A stretch of 64,000 bases of DNA, taken from positions 62,001-126,000 of the forward strand of contig JAQGDQ010000212.1 in the NCBI GenBank assembly GCA_030141605.1. The letters run 5' to 3'. Position numbers and translations under genes: made by a program. The notes below the pieces were generated by a model. It was given only the letters and a program-made list of their open reading frames with translations. It was not told where the DNA came from and ran no database searches. Of the stretch, positions 26,335 to 43,054 are shown one piece after another. Positions within the stretch are counted from its first letter, which is position 1. The number at the start of each line of letters is the position of its first letter. The stretch is from Tubiluchus corallicola (lineage: Eukaryota; Animalia; Priapulida).

Positions 26335-26722
26335 ATAAGCCTTTTCACACTTTCAGCGATTGATGATGATCATGAAAAGGTCAAAGGTTAAGTGTACCAC
26401 ACAACGCATTTGTGTACATTGACAACGCCTCGCAGCCCACGCTGTTGTAATAGTAGCAGTTTTGACAGCTAGAACCTTACTTGGTTCATTTTTTCTTGTT
26501 GCCAAGCAAGATCCTGTTAGTAGATCACTCTACACACTGACTAATGCATAATTAAGTAAAGTCCACGTAAAGCAACTGAAGTTACTGAACTGATGCTGCA
26601 GGCAGCTTTGCTTTACCCACACACTCACGTGTTTGTTGTATTTAAGATGCGTTGCTGTATTATGCTTAACCTCTGACCTACAGCAACTGCGCGTGCGTAC
26701 AATGAAACTGTGAAAAGGGTTT
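26335..26722 (+). mobile_element. ~390-bp MITE (TIR AATAAGCCTTTTCACAGTTTC), intact reference copy; superfamily uncertain (PIF/Harbinger-ISL2EU-like)
   Basis: Terminal inverted repeats and several homologous copies elsewhere in the window. Confidence 0.75.
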
Positions 26723-27000
26723 TTGGAACTTGAGCAGTTTAATCAGAATGTGTGCCTCATTTTCATGATTTTTCGACTGCCTCGTACAACGAGCACCCAA
26801 TTAGGTCTGAGGAAGCTGTAAGAGTTCTACAAACTGTTAACAAAATGTCAAACTTGCCTGATTCTCACTGCAGGTGAACGTGAAGTTCATTTTAATGAAC
26901 TCCATGACACTTGAACAATTTTACGTTGAGCTCTATGAAAGTGAAGAACATTTTGTTCTAAGTGGTAAAAATATAATAGCATTAGAGAGATTTTGGTTAA

Positions 27001-27580
27001 AGGACAAGAAAAGTGGTACCTAAGTAGGCTTCCTTTAAAATTATATTACTTTGTAGCAATTTTATGCATATATCGTACTCGGTTTAAAAGGAATTTTCGT
27101 TTGTTTTCGTTTTAAATCTCCCGCAATACTGTTCCGACGGTGCAATTACGTGACGTCATCAGGGGAAGAAAAGGAAATGTTAAACTATGTCCCAAAAAAC
27201 TTTCCATGCAAATCTATATTACGTAGCGTTTCGCTTACCTGCTGGAAAGACTTATGTAACTGAAAATAATAATTTAAAATGTTTGTGCCAATTCGTAAAA
27301 TGTCACAGGCTCATCCTCCATGGTGCGCCACTCACTCACCAAGGAACGTATTTTGAATCTTATTAACAAGTACAATATATTAAAATATTACTTAGTTAGT
27401 AACATGTGTGCTAGGAATGCTCTGATTATTTCTTCAAACTTTACGCAGTGTTATCTAAAGTTGTTTCAAATGACTTATCGTCAAAATGGCTGCGCTTCAC
27501 GCTCATCGCGTGAGTTTAAATTTTCACGTTTTACACAGCATTACTGTTAGTAGAAGTTCTATGCACATTAAGGCAGTATG
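27001..27580 (+). mobile_element. Kolobok-like family B, 3'-truncated copy
   Basis: TTAA-AGGACAAGAAAAG start, colinear with 3190-3800. Confidence 0.75.
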
Positions 27581-27593
27581 ATAGTCGTTGTTG

Positions 27594-27624
<31 letters not shown>

Positions 27625-27795
27625 ATCTCTAGTTGATGATGGTAGTGAAGATGGTGAGGAAGATGACGATGATGATGATGACGATGACGACGGTGATGAT
27701 GTTGCCGGTGATGATGAGGCGAATATTTCAGTAATGTTTTAAGTATAAATTTGTAAAATAAACAAATCTACAGGTTCTACACAATGTAGGTGTTC

Positions 27796-28075
27796 CATCC
27801 ATTTACAAACCAGAATCTGAGTGGCTTAACTTCAAAGCAACACAAAACAAGTCAAACTTCTTACTGCACACTATTGTGTAAGTTTACCAGCAGCCTCCAT
27901 TCTTGTTAACTTGCAGTAATCATTATCAATTGAGATGTTCCATCCATTCACCAACCAAATTCAAAGTGGCTTAACTTCGAAGCAACACAAAACATGTCAA
28001 ACTTCTTACTGCACACTATTGTATAAGTTTACCAGCCGCCTCCATTCTTGTTAACTTGCAGTAATTATTATCAAG
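27796..28075. repeat. ~143-bp tandem duplication
   Basis: gtggcttaacttc...caaacttcttactgcacactattgt...ttgttaacttgcagtaat occurs twice. Confidence 0.88.
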
Positions 28076-28329
28076 CATTTGCTGAATTGGCTTGAGCATT
28101 AATTTCATGTTGTTCAGCGATCAAATGTCATCTCAGCATCTCACGTTCTTTAACTTGGCAAATAATCACGTTAATTAATCTGGTCTCGTTTTGCTGCATC
28201 TTTATCTGACAAGCAGTTTGTTTTGGGGTGGATCCAGAATTTACAGACAAAGCCAAACAACTTAGCACAAAAGCGACGTATTGACATTTAGACTTTTTCC
28301 TGTTCGGCTGCTCCTTTCTGTTCCTGTTG

Positions 28330-28371
28330 CTCTTTCTCCCTCTTTGTTCTTTTCTCTATCACAATACTCTC

Positions 28372-28426
<55 letters not shown>

Positions 28427-28497
28427 TCTCCCTCTTTGTTCTTTTTTCTCTCACAGTACTCTCTCATTTCTCTCTCTCTCTCTCACAGTACTCTCTC

Positions 28498-28548
<51 letters not shown>

Positions 28549-28550
28549 AC

Positions 28551-28596
<46 letters not shown>

Positions 28597-28637
28597 ATAT
28601 CTCTCTCTCATTTTTTCTCTTCTCTCTACCTCTCTCT

Positions 28638-28671
<34 letters not shown>

Positions 28672-28713
28672 GTCTATTTACCTCTCGCTCTTTCTTTCTC
28701 TCTGTCTATCTAC

Positions 28714-28764
<51 letters not shown>

Positions 28765-28862
28765 TTCTTTCTACCTCTCTCTCTCTTTCTCTCTCTCTCT
28801 CTTTGTCTCTTTCTCTCTCTCTCTTCTCTCTTTCTCTCTCTCTCTCTCTTTCTCACTGTGTC

Positions 28863-28926
<64 letters not shown>

Positions 28927-28960
28927 ATTCCCTTCCCCCTCTCTCTATATCACACACACA
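28330..28960. repeat. (CT)n-rich tract
   Basis: Directly visible. Confidence 0.95.
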
Positions 28961-29317
28961 AGAAGCTAGCTGTCTTATTGCTATTGTGCTACAGAAACTC
29001 AGAAAACAAAAAGATCGCTCAGTCTCAGTTACGTAGAGCGGCCCCGTCATTAACAGTGCCGCCCCCGCACTCCTCAACAAACGTAAAATTATACGGACGC
29101 TTGGATGGTTTGGCTTCTCACGGCTAATAACGTATTGAATTAAGAAACACAGCGAAATCTATTGACCAACCCAGAACAGGATAGTGGGATAGGATAGATT
29201 GGGAAAATCATGCCAGGAAAATTATGAAATTGCAATTATGAAAGTGGTTCTTGTTAAGGGTGGCCCGAAAATTACTGCATTAAAATTCAAAGCAGAATGA
29301 AGCAGAATAATAAGAAG

Positions 29318-30085
<768 letters not shown>

Positions 30086-30559
30086 AAATTGGATAAAGGG
30101 AAAGCTAATGCAATATGAAACTAATGTGGCTTCAGGAATGACAACACGCTGTAACTTATCATAATTTGATATCTATCAGCCCCCAGGCTCTCATTAGTGA
30201 TACGAACAAGCTAGGCCTATTAGCTTCAAAAGAAACAGCTCATAGCTCATTGGTGCTAACTAGATTGCATCCGCTTCTTTATCGCACAAACAGTCGCCAT
30301 ATTTTTCCTCTAATTAACTTAACACAAACGAAGCATAATGCTTGCGCTTACGACTAGAAAGCTGTTTGATGTTGCTCAGTACGTGTTTCATTAAATGCCT
30401 GCCACGCTACGGGCGTGATGTGTGGGATGTCGCGCATTATTGATCATTGGTAGGCAAATTTACTGTGTTATTGTACATTGCTTAAAGGACCCAATAAATA
30501 CTATGCTAGATTCGTCGTGAGCGACACACTTATCATAACCAGTGATGTAAGGAGATGGA

Positions 30560-31432
30560 ATACAGTGAGGTGATGAGAAGGGTGAGGAAGAGATAGCGAG
30601 GAGAGAGTTGAGGTGAGGTTTTGTGAGGAGTGGTGAAGTGTGGTGAAGTGAGATCAAATGAACTGAAGTGTGGTGAGGGGAGGTGATGTGTGGTGAAGTG
30701 AGGTTCGATGAGGTGCGGGAAAAAAGGGTGTGAAAAAGTGAAATGAGTTGATGTGAAATGATGTGATATGAAGTGATGTGGTATTAGGTGATGTGGAGTG
30801 ACGTGAGGTGGGGTGAAGTGTGTTGAGGTGTTGTGTGATGAAGTGAGGTGGGGTAAGGTGAGATGAGGTGATGTGTGGTGAAGTGAGATCAGGTGAGTTG
30901 AGGTTCGATGAGATGCGGGAAAAAAGGGTGAGAAAAAGTGAAATGAGTTGATGTGAAATGATGTGATATAAAGTGATGTGGTATTAGGTGATGTGGAGTG
31001 ACGTGAGGTGGGGTGAAGTGTGTTGAGGTGTTGTGTGATGAAGTGAGGTGGGGTAAGGTGAGGTGAGGTGATGTGATGTGTGGTGAAGTGAGATTAGGTG
31101 AGTTGAGGTTCGATGAGATGCGGGAAAAAAGGGTGAGAAAAAGTGAAATGAGTTGATGTGAAATGATGTGATATGAAGTTAGGTGAGGTAAGCTGAGGTG
31201 AGGCGAGGTGTGGTGAGATGATATTAGGTGATGTGGGGTGACGTGAGGTGGGGTGAAGTGTGTTGAGGTGTTGTGTGATGAAGTGAGGTGGGGTAAGGTG
31301 AGGTGAGGTGAGCAGAAATGAGTGAAGCTGGGGTGAAGTGTGGCAAAATAGGTGAGGTTAGGTGAAGTGACATGATATACAGGGAGATGAGATGAGACGT
31401 TAAGAGATAAGATGTGGTGTGGTGTGGTGTGA
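30560..31432. repeat. (GTGAG/GTGAT) pentamer-based region with ~200-bp higher-order repeats
   Basis: gaggttcgatgag(g/a)tgcgggaaaaaagggtg near 30700, 30900 and 31105. Confidence 0.88.
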
Positions 31433-32094
31433 AGGAGCAAGCTGTTTACCCAGTTTTTGTCGTTTTCATGGCGATGACTTTTTGACACTACGTCATAATG
31501 GGGAAATGACAAATTCTTGATTTCAAAATCGACATTTTTCACAGCTGTTACGCGTTCAGTTTAAACTCGGTCGTTTGTTAACGTTTGCCGCTTTTTTATC
31601 GTTCCTATAATGCCTTGCGCAACTTAGCGATAAAACGACAACAAAACGCGCCAATAAACTTTATTCGATGCGCTTTTATTGTGACCACAATCAACGTTCT
31701 CGTGTGTATTTGAAGCCGCGATGTTCATGTGATTAGTGGTCGGTGAAAATGATTTATTTATAACGTCTGCCCATTTTTCCTTAATGGCCTCTGTGGTTGC
31801 CATGTCCATATCTATGGAGTATGTATGCAACATATTTATACAAGAGGAGTAGAGGTCGTACTAGACAAGCGTTAACGTCGTTTAAGAATGTAAACATTCG
31901 GACCGCTTCAGACGTCTGTCTGCAAGATGTGGTGATGAAGAAGAAGAAACGATCATTACTACTACACCAAGAAGGTGTCTACACGAGTTGGTTTTTGATA
32001 GTGAAATGAATATGAATAAGAACTTGTATACATTAAAATGGTGTGAAAATCTGAAACGTCCTCTAGTCAGTATTGTGGTACTAGTAATGCTAGA

Positions 32095-32422
32095 TGACAA
32101 TAACGATGACGACGACGACGATGATGATGATGATGGTGATAATGATGACGATAGCGACGACGACGACGATGATGATGGTGATAATAGTAATGATGACGAT
32201 GATAACAATATGAGGCGATTTTATGTGCTTTAGTTTTATTCTGCAAAAGAAGAAAGATAGAGAGAAAAATGAAAGAAATAAAAAATAAAGAAAGAAAGGA
32301 GAAGAAAAAGGAAAAAATTATAAAGAAAGAGAGGCAAGAAAGAAGGAAAGAAAGGAAAAAAGAAGAAATGAATGAAAAAACGAAATAATGAAAGAAATGA
32401 ATAAAAAAAGAAAGAATGAAAA

Positions 32423-32490
<68 letters not shown>

Positions 32491-32830
32491 AGGAAGGAAG
32501 GAAGGAAAGCAAAAAAGAAAGAAGGAAAGCAAAAAAGAAAGAAAGAAAAAAAGAAGAAAGGGAAAAAATGACGAAAGAAAGAAAGTATGAATGAAAAAAA
32601 TGAAAAAATGAAAGAAAAAGTAGAGAAAAGAAGGAAGCAAAGAAGGAAAAAGGAGAAAGTGACAAAGAAACGGAAGAAAAAGAAAAGAAAGGAAGAAAGA
32701 TAATACTTGAAAAGCAGAGATAGTAAAAGAAGAAAGAAAAATAATTTAAGACTAAGGAAAGAAAATAACAAAAAAGGAAAAGAAAGAAAAGAACCAAAGG
32801 CAAGAAATAAATTAGTAAAGGCAAGAAGTA
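32095..32830. repeat. (GAT/GAC)n followed by a (GAAA)n purine tract
   Basis: Directly visible. Confidence 0.92.
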
Positions 32831-33229
32831 AGCTACACTTCCCTAACTCATACTAGGAATTTTCCCACACATGCAAACGTGGAAAGGTTTAATAATCCAT
32901 CCCGGTCATCTGCGTGTGACGTCAGTTACTGACTTCACTTCATTAACTTCATCCCTGCGAAGCTGCAGCTGCCCTAACTATGTGAATTAACATGTTAATT
33001 TGACAAGAATCAGTCGATGTACTTCATCATTGGACTTGATGATGCTCTATCCAGGATTAGCCGATTTGGTCGTGAGAAAGGGAAGAAATCAGTGATAATG
33101 GTCGTCATTCTTTTCACATGACGTTAAATTATTGTCAAAGAAATGGAAAGTCATTTTCGCAGAAACGTTTTTAAATGAAATCACTACCACTTTTTTCAAA
33201 TCACACATGCACACCACACTCATGCAAAC

Positions 33230-33440
33230 ACGCATAATCGCGCACGCACGCACGCACGCACGTACACGCACACAGACACGCACGCACACAGACACGCACA
33301 CAGACACGCATGTACGCACACGCACACACGCACACGCGCACAGACACGCACACAGACACGCACGTACGCACACGCACACACGCACACGCGCACAGACACG
33401 CACGCACACGTACACACGCACACTTACACACTTACACAAA
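33230..33440. repeat. (CA/CG)n alternating purine-pyrimidine tract
   Basis: Directly visible. Confidence 0.92.
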
Positions 33441-33843
33441 CGCATTCGAACACACGTGTGTGCAGGCATTTAACTCAAATTCCCTAACTCATTATTTTCT
33501 ACAAAGCTGCTTCTTGATGGAATGCCTTGTAGGTTTCACTCTGACTATAACGTTCTTCATGAAAATATAGTTTATAATGTTTAGATATCATACGGTTGTT
33601 ATCATTATAGTAACAAATCTTTATTTAACTTATTCCATACAATCGTCATCGTCGTCGTCGTCACCATCATCATGTGTTGTGATTTTTTCACTGTCATTGT
33701 TGCTGTAGTCATTACTGCAATGTTGTAGTATCTTCTCATGTGGTGATAAACTTTAATTCAAACGAGACTTGCCAAATTTGCACAACTCAGGCAAATTAAG
33801 CTAATTCTAAACTGAAAACATGCAGCAGAACTTGAACATCTTA

Positions 33844-34137
33844 AGACGCATTCACACTAGCGAGGTATCTATCGCGAGTTTTCTCTCTCGTAGCAAACTC
33901 GCAAGTGTGAACTGGTTTGCCAGTTACTGTCGGCAAGTTACTGCAAACTTTACAACGTCTGCTGCGAATTACTGTCTAGTGTGAACGCCTCCTCGAGTTA
34001 CTCTACTCACAGAGAATAGAGAATTGAGTGTCAGTTCGCGCTTACTGTCAGAGAGTAACTCGCAAAACGTTTTGATTACTTTTCTTAACACGTTTGGCAG
34101 TTACTTGGCGAGAAATTTATTAGTCTGAAAGCACCGT
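33844..34137. mobile_element. Harbinger-like MITE
   Basis: GCATTCACACTAG ... TAGTCTGAAAGC termini with internal gtgtgaac repeats. Confidence 0.5.
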
Positions 34138-35059
34138 TACTATGCTCCAGTAGGTGCGCTTTACACTATAACTTAGTACTAAACTAGTTAGTTAGTACTT
34201 TAGCAAGTACTAAACTAATAATAGATAAAATTCGCTTACCTGTTTCTGGAGAAAGCAAACGGAAGCAATGCTGATCATCTAATTGCTCAGTGAATTTTAT
34301 TTTCATCAAACGAAATTACAGAATTTATGCGTTTACAAAGTTTGTACTGCGTTCAGTCTTTCCCACATGAAATTATCTTTCAATGAATGGACGCGTAGAG
34401 TCAAATCTTCCTCTCTTCTACAATTTTAATGACGTCACGTGATTAATTTTAATACGTCACGTAGCACCACTCACGTGGCTCACAATAACTCATTTTTGTC
34501 TCATAATTGTACAAAAACTGCTTCTCCCAGCGTGTTATGTAGCAAACGAGCACGATAACACGTCCACGCATGCGTGTAATTGAAGCCGTTCACGCATGCG
34601 CGGTCGTGCACAGAGTTAATATCACTCGACGATGCACAATCTTTTTTCTGCTGCAGATAAGCCAGCGCAGATTGCACTTTTTCGCTTCCCAGGTTTTGGA
34701 AAAATTCCATTAAACACAGCAGTAATAAAATGTCTGACATTTAAACATAATTAACTCGGATAAAATGACGAATTTGACGACGCGATACATCTATAGCCGC
34801 TCATATTTCTCTTGAAAGTTGTTTGCCGTTGCTGTTTTTCACCAGGCACTTCAACGGTTTAAGCTTTACCGGAAATGAAATTAGGCTAGCATGCGCAGTG
34901 TGTCGCCCACAGAGGGAAACATTTGAAAACGCTGGCCTCGCGAACTATTAACAATAATAATCACATTTTTTAAAATTTTTGGCCAAAGTTTGCTGCAATT
35001 TTGCTTGATATTTTTATACCTGGAGCTATCTGTTGCAGACTGTATTCAATTGTCATTCT

Positions 35060-35149
35060 AGCAGTGGTAGAGTGGTACAGTTTGTTTGCCGATTCAGGGT
35101 TTCTGGGTTCGAATACCACGCTTGATGGAAAGCTCTAAGCCGGACTCGC

Positions 35150-35150
<1 letters not shown>
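35060..35150 (+). mobile_element. Degenerate tRNA-like SINE head preceding the TAG/CAG array
   Basis: TGGTAGAGTGG (A box) and GGTTCGAATACC (B box). Confidence 0.35.
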
Positions 35151-36448
<1,298 letters not shown>

Positions 36449-36889
36449 TAACTACAACTGTCACGCGACATGTGGGTAAAACAAAGCCATCTGCCGCAGC
36501 AGTTCAGTAATCAGCTGTTTTACGTTGTAATCATGCCCTAATCATGTATAAATTAAGTTATACTTGCTGTATTTCTCATATACAAAGTACAACTAATAAT
36601 GTTAATCAATCTAATGTCAGACCTGTTTGTTTTTCTAGTAACGTTCTACTAACCACTCAAAAAATATATGAAAATGTACACATAGAAAATAAATATATAT
36701 GTTGTTGCAATAATAAAACAGAAAATCGACAGTCTGCTTAAAGAGACATTGAAACTTATAATTTTATGCTGAAATGTGTTAATTCTTGTTTATTAAATAA
36801 GAAAGAAGTAATTGAGTTGTAAAATGTTAGTCTGAATTCCGCGAGAATACCTCACGAAAATGGAACAAGCAGTATTTCTACTATGCGGC

Positions 36890-37241
36890 AAAATTCCTCA
36901 CGAGGAGGATGCATAGCTTTCACCTGGCAGCAGAAATTCCCAGGTGGGGGACGCATAGCATCTGCCAGGCAGCAGAATTCTTTGCAAAGATAAGGCGTGG
37001 CTTACAACTGGCAGCAGAAATCCTGAGGAGGGGGACGCATAGCATCTGCCTGGCAGCAGAATTCTTCGCGAAGATGAGGCGTGGCTTACAACTGGCAGCA
37101 GAAATCCTCAGGAGGGGACGCATAGCTTCCAGGTAGTAGCAAAATCCTCGGGAGAGGACGCATAGCTTCCAGCTGGCAGCAGGAAATCTCAATAGGAACT
37201 GCACGAGGAATTTTGCTGTGCTCCTTAGTGTGAAATAGGCC
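36890..37241. repeat. 42/84-bp repeats ending in a Harbinger-like terminus (CTTAGTGTGAAATAGGCC)
   Basis: ggcagcagaa...ggacgcatagc recurs. The left terminus was not found. Confidence 0.6.
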
Positions 37242-37814
37242 TAAACTTCGGCACATTTTTTCTGTGCCACCCCATACACATATATATTTATAGCTCCACA
37301 TTACTGCAAGTCGAAGCCCCCAGGAATGCTATACGTCGAAGACTCGTTGACCCCCATTCAAATTGTAGGCATGTATGACGTCATCACCCCTCTAGCGTAT
37401 TGTCCTATCTACGCACGTTCTGTTACCCCTGATTGCGTTGACACCTGCGACTAGTTCTATTAAATATGTAATCCCAATAAAAGGTTACAAAGCTTTGCTA
37501 GTATTTAGTGGGCTTACGTTTGTCAGTAGACGTTGAACGCTTTGCTTGAAGATTACAGAGAATTTGAGCTGCTTTTAAAGAGAATTACTGTTATTATTAT
37601 AAATTTTGTATTCAGAAATTCATTCCAAAAAGATCCTTTATTTGCTGGGTAAAATTTACACCGTACAACGTATTATATTACAGAATACTTTACGTAATTA
37701 ATGCTTTAATAATATAATTGCAATATGAGTTCATTAGTTTACATTTGCATTTATACAAGTTATTTATTGATCAAATACTTTTTATTACACACTCATAATT
37801 TTAAGTAGTAGTAC

Positions 37815-38960
<1,146 letters not shown>

Positions 38961-39469
38961 ATATTGTATGTATTGATTATAATGAACAAAAAAAAAGTGT
39001 ACATACGATCGAAGCAACGAACAAACGAACGAACAATAATAACAAATGTAAATAACAAAGTAAGAGTAAACAACAAACAATAGTTATAATAGAAAATAAA
39101 TAACAAAAATTGTCAGCAAACTTGGTCAAATGTCGATAGGCTTGAACGGAAAATGGGTGAAGCGAAGAGATGTTCACTTTTTACCTTCAATTCTTGGTCA
39201 TACATATAATACACGTAAACTCTAATAACATGAAAATTAGCATAATTAACTACTAAAGTTAATTTCAATACAATTTGAAATTACACAAAAATAATGCTGA
39301 CAGCATAAAATCTATGTATACAATTTGTTTGCTCCATACGTGGAAACCGTACACACAACAACTACAATTTGTATGTACAAAATTAATACGTTCAAGCTGT
39401 ACACAATAAGGTTTAGAGTATGAGTTCATGTTTGTACTGTTTGTACATACAAATTTTACCTATAATAAA

Positions 39470-39700
39470 TAATAATAATTTACATGATGATCCAATGCAA
39501 CTTGCACATAAGAGATCATCAAAATTACCAAAAAATTAATTCATAAGATATTAAAGACATTAGCACATCGATTGATTAAAAGTACATTGAAAATAACAAA
39601 AAGGGAAAAATAATAAAAACACGGAAAATTTAGTAAAATAATAAAAGCAATGCCATGAAAAATACACAATCGTAAAAAATGCAAGATTAGCGCAGCCACA
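39470..39700 (-). mobile_element. Second copy of the L2 3' UTR
   Basis: Colinear with ~17990-18210 (gatcatcaaaattac...aattaattcataagatat...gaaaatttagtaaaataata). Confidence 0.75.
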
Positions 39701-40504
39701 TATTTGTGTGGTCAGCTTGCATATATGGTACAAAGGAATTGGTGTACACAGTCTTTATCTTGACGGCATCATTTTTGTGAAATTTTAAATTGTATTGCGT
39801 CCCCGAAACAATTCCGGAAGAAAAAATTTAGAGTAAGAAAAGTGGGAACATTTGTATTGACAGTATAACTTGAAAGTTGATTGTAAAAAAGACGTGTACG
39901 TGCCTTGAGATTATTTGCAACTCTTTAAACTCTTTGTAAAATTGTATATTATTTATTTTTTTATTTTTACATTACATGTGCAGTCCAAATAAATGAGGTT
40001 TTTCTTTGCAATACAGTTTATAAAACATAGAAGTAAAAATATATAATAATCAATATAAAAAATGAAGAACTAGTTAATATTACATAAAAGCGTTTTTACA
40101 GTTTAAAGAACATAAAATACATGTAACTAACGACTATTTATCATTATTTTATTTATTTAAATGTATTTAAAGTTTATTTCGGCACATAAAATGCCTTATA
40201 AAAGTCGAAAATTTACTACAGAAACTAAGAAAAACTACATGTCATGCACTATTAAAAGCTCCGAAAATTTGCAAAAAATATATTAAAAATACATATAGAA
40301 ATTAAAATACAAAGCATCAGTTAAAAAGCCAGCAGATACTATATCAATAAATTATGCATCTTCTAAATATCCTAGTATAAAATCGCACATCAGTTTTGTG
40401 GTATATATAATTTACAATAAAATTTGCTGATCAAATCATTCTTGTTGTTAAACTATAGACAAAGTGACGCAATAGTACTTTAAAATGTTTTATATTATTT
40501 TCTG

Positions 40505-41275
40505 CACGTATTGTAGGAGATGACGTAAGCATAACATGTGGAAAACTTGTGAAGAACACGTATTGTAGAAGATGGCGTAAGCATAACATGTAGAAAACTC
40601 GTGAAGAACACGTATTGTAGAAGATGGCGTAAGCATAACATGTAGAAAACTCGTGAAGAACACGTATTGTAGAAGATGGCGTAAGCATAACATGTGAAAA
40701 ACTCGTGAAGAACACGTATTATAGAAGATGACGTAAGCATAACATGTGGAAAACTCGTGAAGAACACGTATTGTAGAAGATGACGTAAGCATAACATGTG
40801 AAAAACTCGTGAAGAACACGTATTGTAGAAGATGACGTAAGCATAACATGTGAAAAACTCGTGAAGAACACGTATTGTAGAAGATGACGTAAGCATAACA
40901 TGTGGAAAACTCGTGAAGAACACGTATTGTAGAAGATGACGTAAGCATAACATGTGAAAAACTCGTGAAGAACACGCATTGTAGAAGATGACGTAAGCAT
41001 AACATGTGGAAAACTCGTGAAGAACACGTATTGTACAAGATGACGTAAGCATAACATGTGGAAAACTCGTGAAGAACACGTATTGTAGAAGATGACGTAA
41101 GCATAACATGTGGAAAACTCGTGAAGAACACGTATTGTAGAAGATGACGTAAGCATAACATGTGGAAAACTCGTGAAGAACACGTATTGTAGAAGATGAC
41201 GTAAGCATAACATGTGGAAAACTCGTGAAGAACACGTATTATAGAAGATGGCGTAAGCATAACATGTGAAAAGCT
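40505..41275. repeat. 52-bp minisatellite, about 15 highly similar units
   Basis: Unit cacgtattgtagaagatgacgtaagcataacatgtggaaaactcgtgaagaa. Confidence 0.97.
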
Positions 41276-41324
41276 GGTGAAGTGCAATGTTGTAAGTGGC
41301 GCGGTTAAACTGCATACTTTGAAA

Positions 41325-41716
41325 TTATATATATATATAATCTTTATTTGCCATAAAAAATCGACATTCATAACTATAAAAGCATAAAAGAACATCGCAG
41401 CATGAGAACAAAATTCACACAACTGTTAAAAACAAATGCGTCCAGTGTAAACTAAAAACTACAGTGCCAAAAATTTAAAACAAAATATACATTATAATGT
41501 TACACGCAAATTATAATCGATTATATACAATATATACATACAATTTAAAATGGAAGTGGGTAAATAAAATTTGCGGATGAATATATATTATCGTTTACGT
41601 ATGTAGGGTTTTCAAAACGATTTAGTGTATGTATTTTTAATTTTGATTTGAATTCATCGAAAGACTTGATTTGTTTTAAATTTGATGGCAGGGTATTCCA
41701 AAGTTGAACTCCTTGA
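41325..41716 (-). mobile_element. Short 3' copy of the same LINE
   Basis: Nearly identical to 58860-59245. Confidence 0.85.
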
Positions 41717-42854
41717 ATTAACCTATAAGAAATTCCATAAGCTTCTTTTTAAATATTTCAAATTTTGTAATTTATTTAATTCAGTTTTGATCGCATGCTG
41801 ATTGTAATTCTCGCTTGCCCTGATTTTAATCTGTCTTGTGGAAGAATTTGATTTTGCTGTAGGAATGAAAAATAAATTTGACTGTCCAGTGGTCAGAGAG
41901 ATCTTATTACAATTGAAATTTAGCTGATTATAGAGGTACGTTGGTTGTTTAGTCATTTATATTTTGAGGAGCAAACAAACATGTGCAAATAATTTATAAT
42001 TTACAATTTAATGGGTGAAATTACATTAATAAAAACATACGACCATTAATTAAAATATACCAGACAAAACAAATATAAGTACAAGATGGTACGTACGAAG
42101 AAAAAAACAAAAAAAACATCAAACAATGATGTATGTCATAAACCAAACTTCAGATACACATTCAACACACTAAAATTGATAACAAAGTTAACAGTCCAGT
42201 TTTACAAATACCAAATTCTATAGCTGCTTCCTATTTACAAAACATTTATTTATTAGGTTACAAACAAATGGTTAGTATTTCTAGATCTTTGCTCCCTACC
42301 AGAAACAAATGTTTATCAACATTGTTCATATTAGTAAATTTATATTAGTAAAACATAACTAATTCTTTAACATATAAAACTTTCAATTTTTTTAATGACG
42401 TCAGATATGTGGCCATACGACGTTCGAAAAGTCGATGACCCTACCTGCAAAATTTACAATCTTTTCAAGTTTGCATAGATTGGAAACGACATTTCTTTGA
42501 AATTGCAATACTTGCCCTTGTGCATTATATTTATTTTTGCAGTTTAAATTAGCTCACCTGTTTAATTAGCTCAGAACTGAAACTGAACCGCTTAGACGCT
42601 AATTAGACAAACTATAAACACTTAGGCAACAGAAGGCTACACTTTAATCAAAATTAGCCTACAAACCGGACAATGATGCATTACCGAGGTATCCATCTGA
42701 CCACTGGACACCTTCTGGCAGTAAAATCATTAACTTTAGTTATTGTACATTTTCGCAGGCACTGGTCAAACCAATTTCACAAAGTTTGACAAAATGATAA
42801 ATTATTGGGGGCCAGTAGGCCGCGTGCAAGTCTGACTGGTGAAAGTGAAACGGG

Positions 42855-42890
42855 TATAAATGTGAAGGGAGCCGCTGACCAGAGCACAGT
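42855..42890 (+). promoter_or_regulatory. Core promoter of the chitin deacetylase-like gene (TATA box plus initiator-like ACAGTT)
   Basis: TATAAA at 42855-42860, ACAGTT about 30 nt downstream, CCAAT near 42771, ATG at 42934. Confidence 0.65.
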
Positions 42891-42933
42891 TTGCAGCTGG
42901 ACGTTGGCCAAGTGCTTGGAGAACGGAATCATC

Positions 42934-42973
42934 ATGGTGCGGCTGATCTTACTATTGGTAGCTGTTGCAACCG
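42934..42973 (+). CDS. Chitin deacetylase-like gene exon 1 (signal peptide MVRLILLLVAVAT)
   Basis: Start context ATCATGG, hydrophobic leader, perfect donor CG|GTAAGT, phase 1 compatible with exon 2. Confidence 0.85.
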
Positions 42974-43054
42974 GTAAGTGGACAAATTTTGCTTTTAAAA
43001 ATTTAGCTTTTTGCCTGCTTTTAAAACTTTACTTTTTTATTTGCTTTGTCTTGT

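Noticed and set aside
40505-41275. CRISPR-like regular array (also 61717-61972 and 7906-9325)
   Set aside because: Units are contiguous with no unique spacers, the context is eukaryotic, and there are no cas genes.
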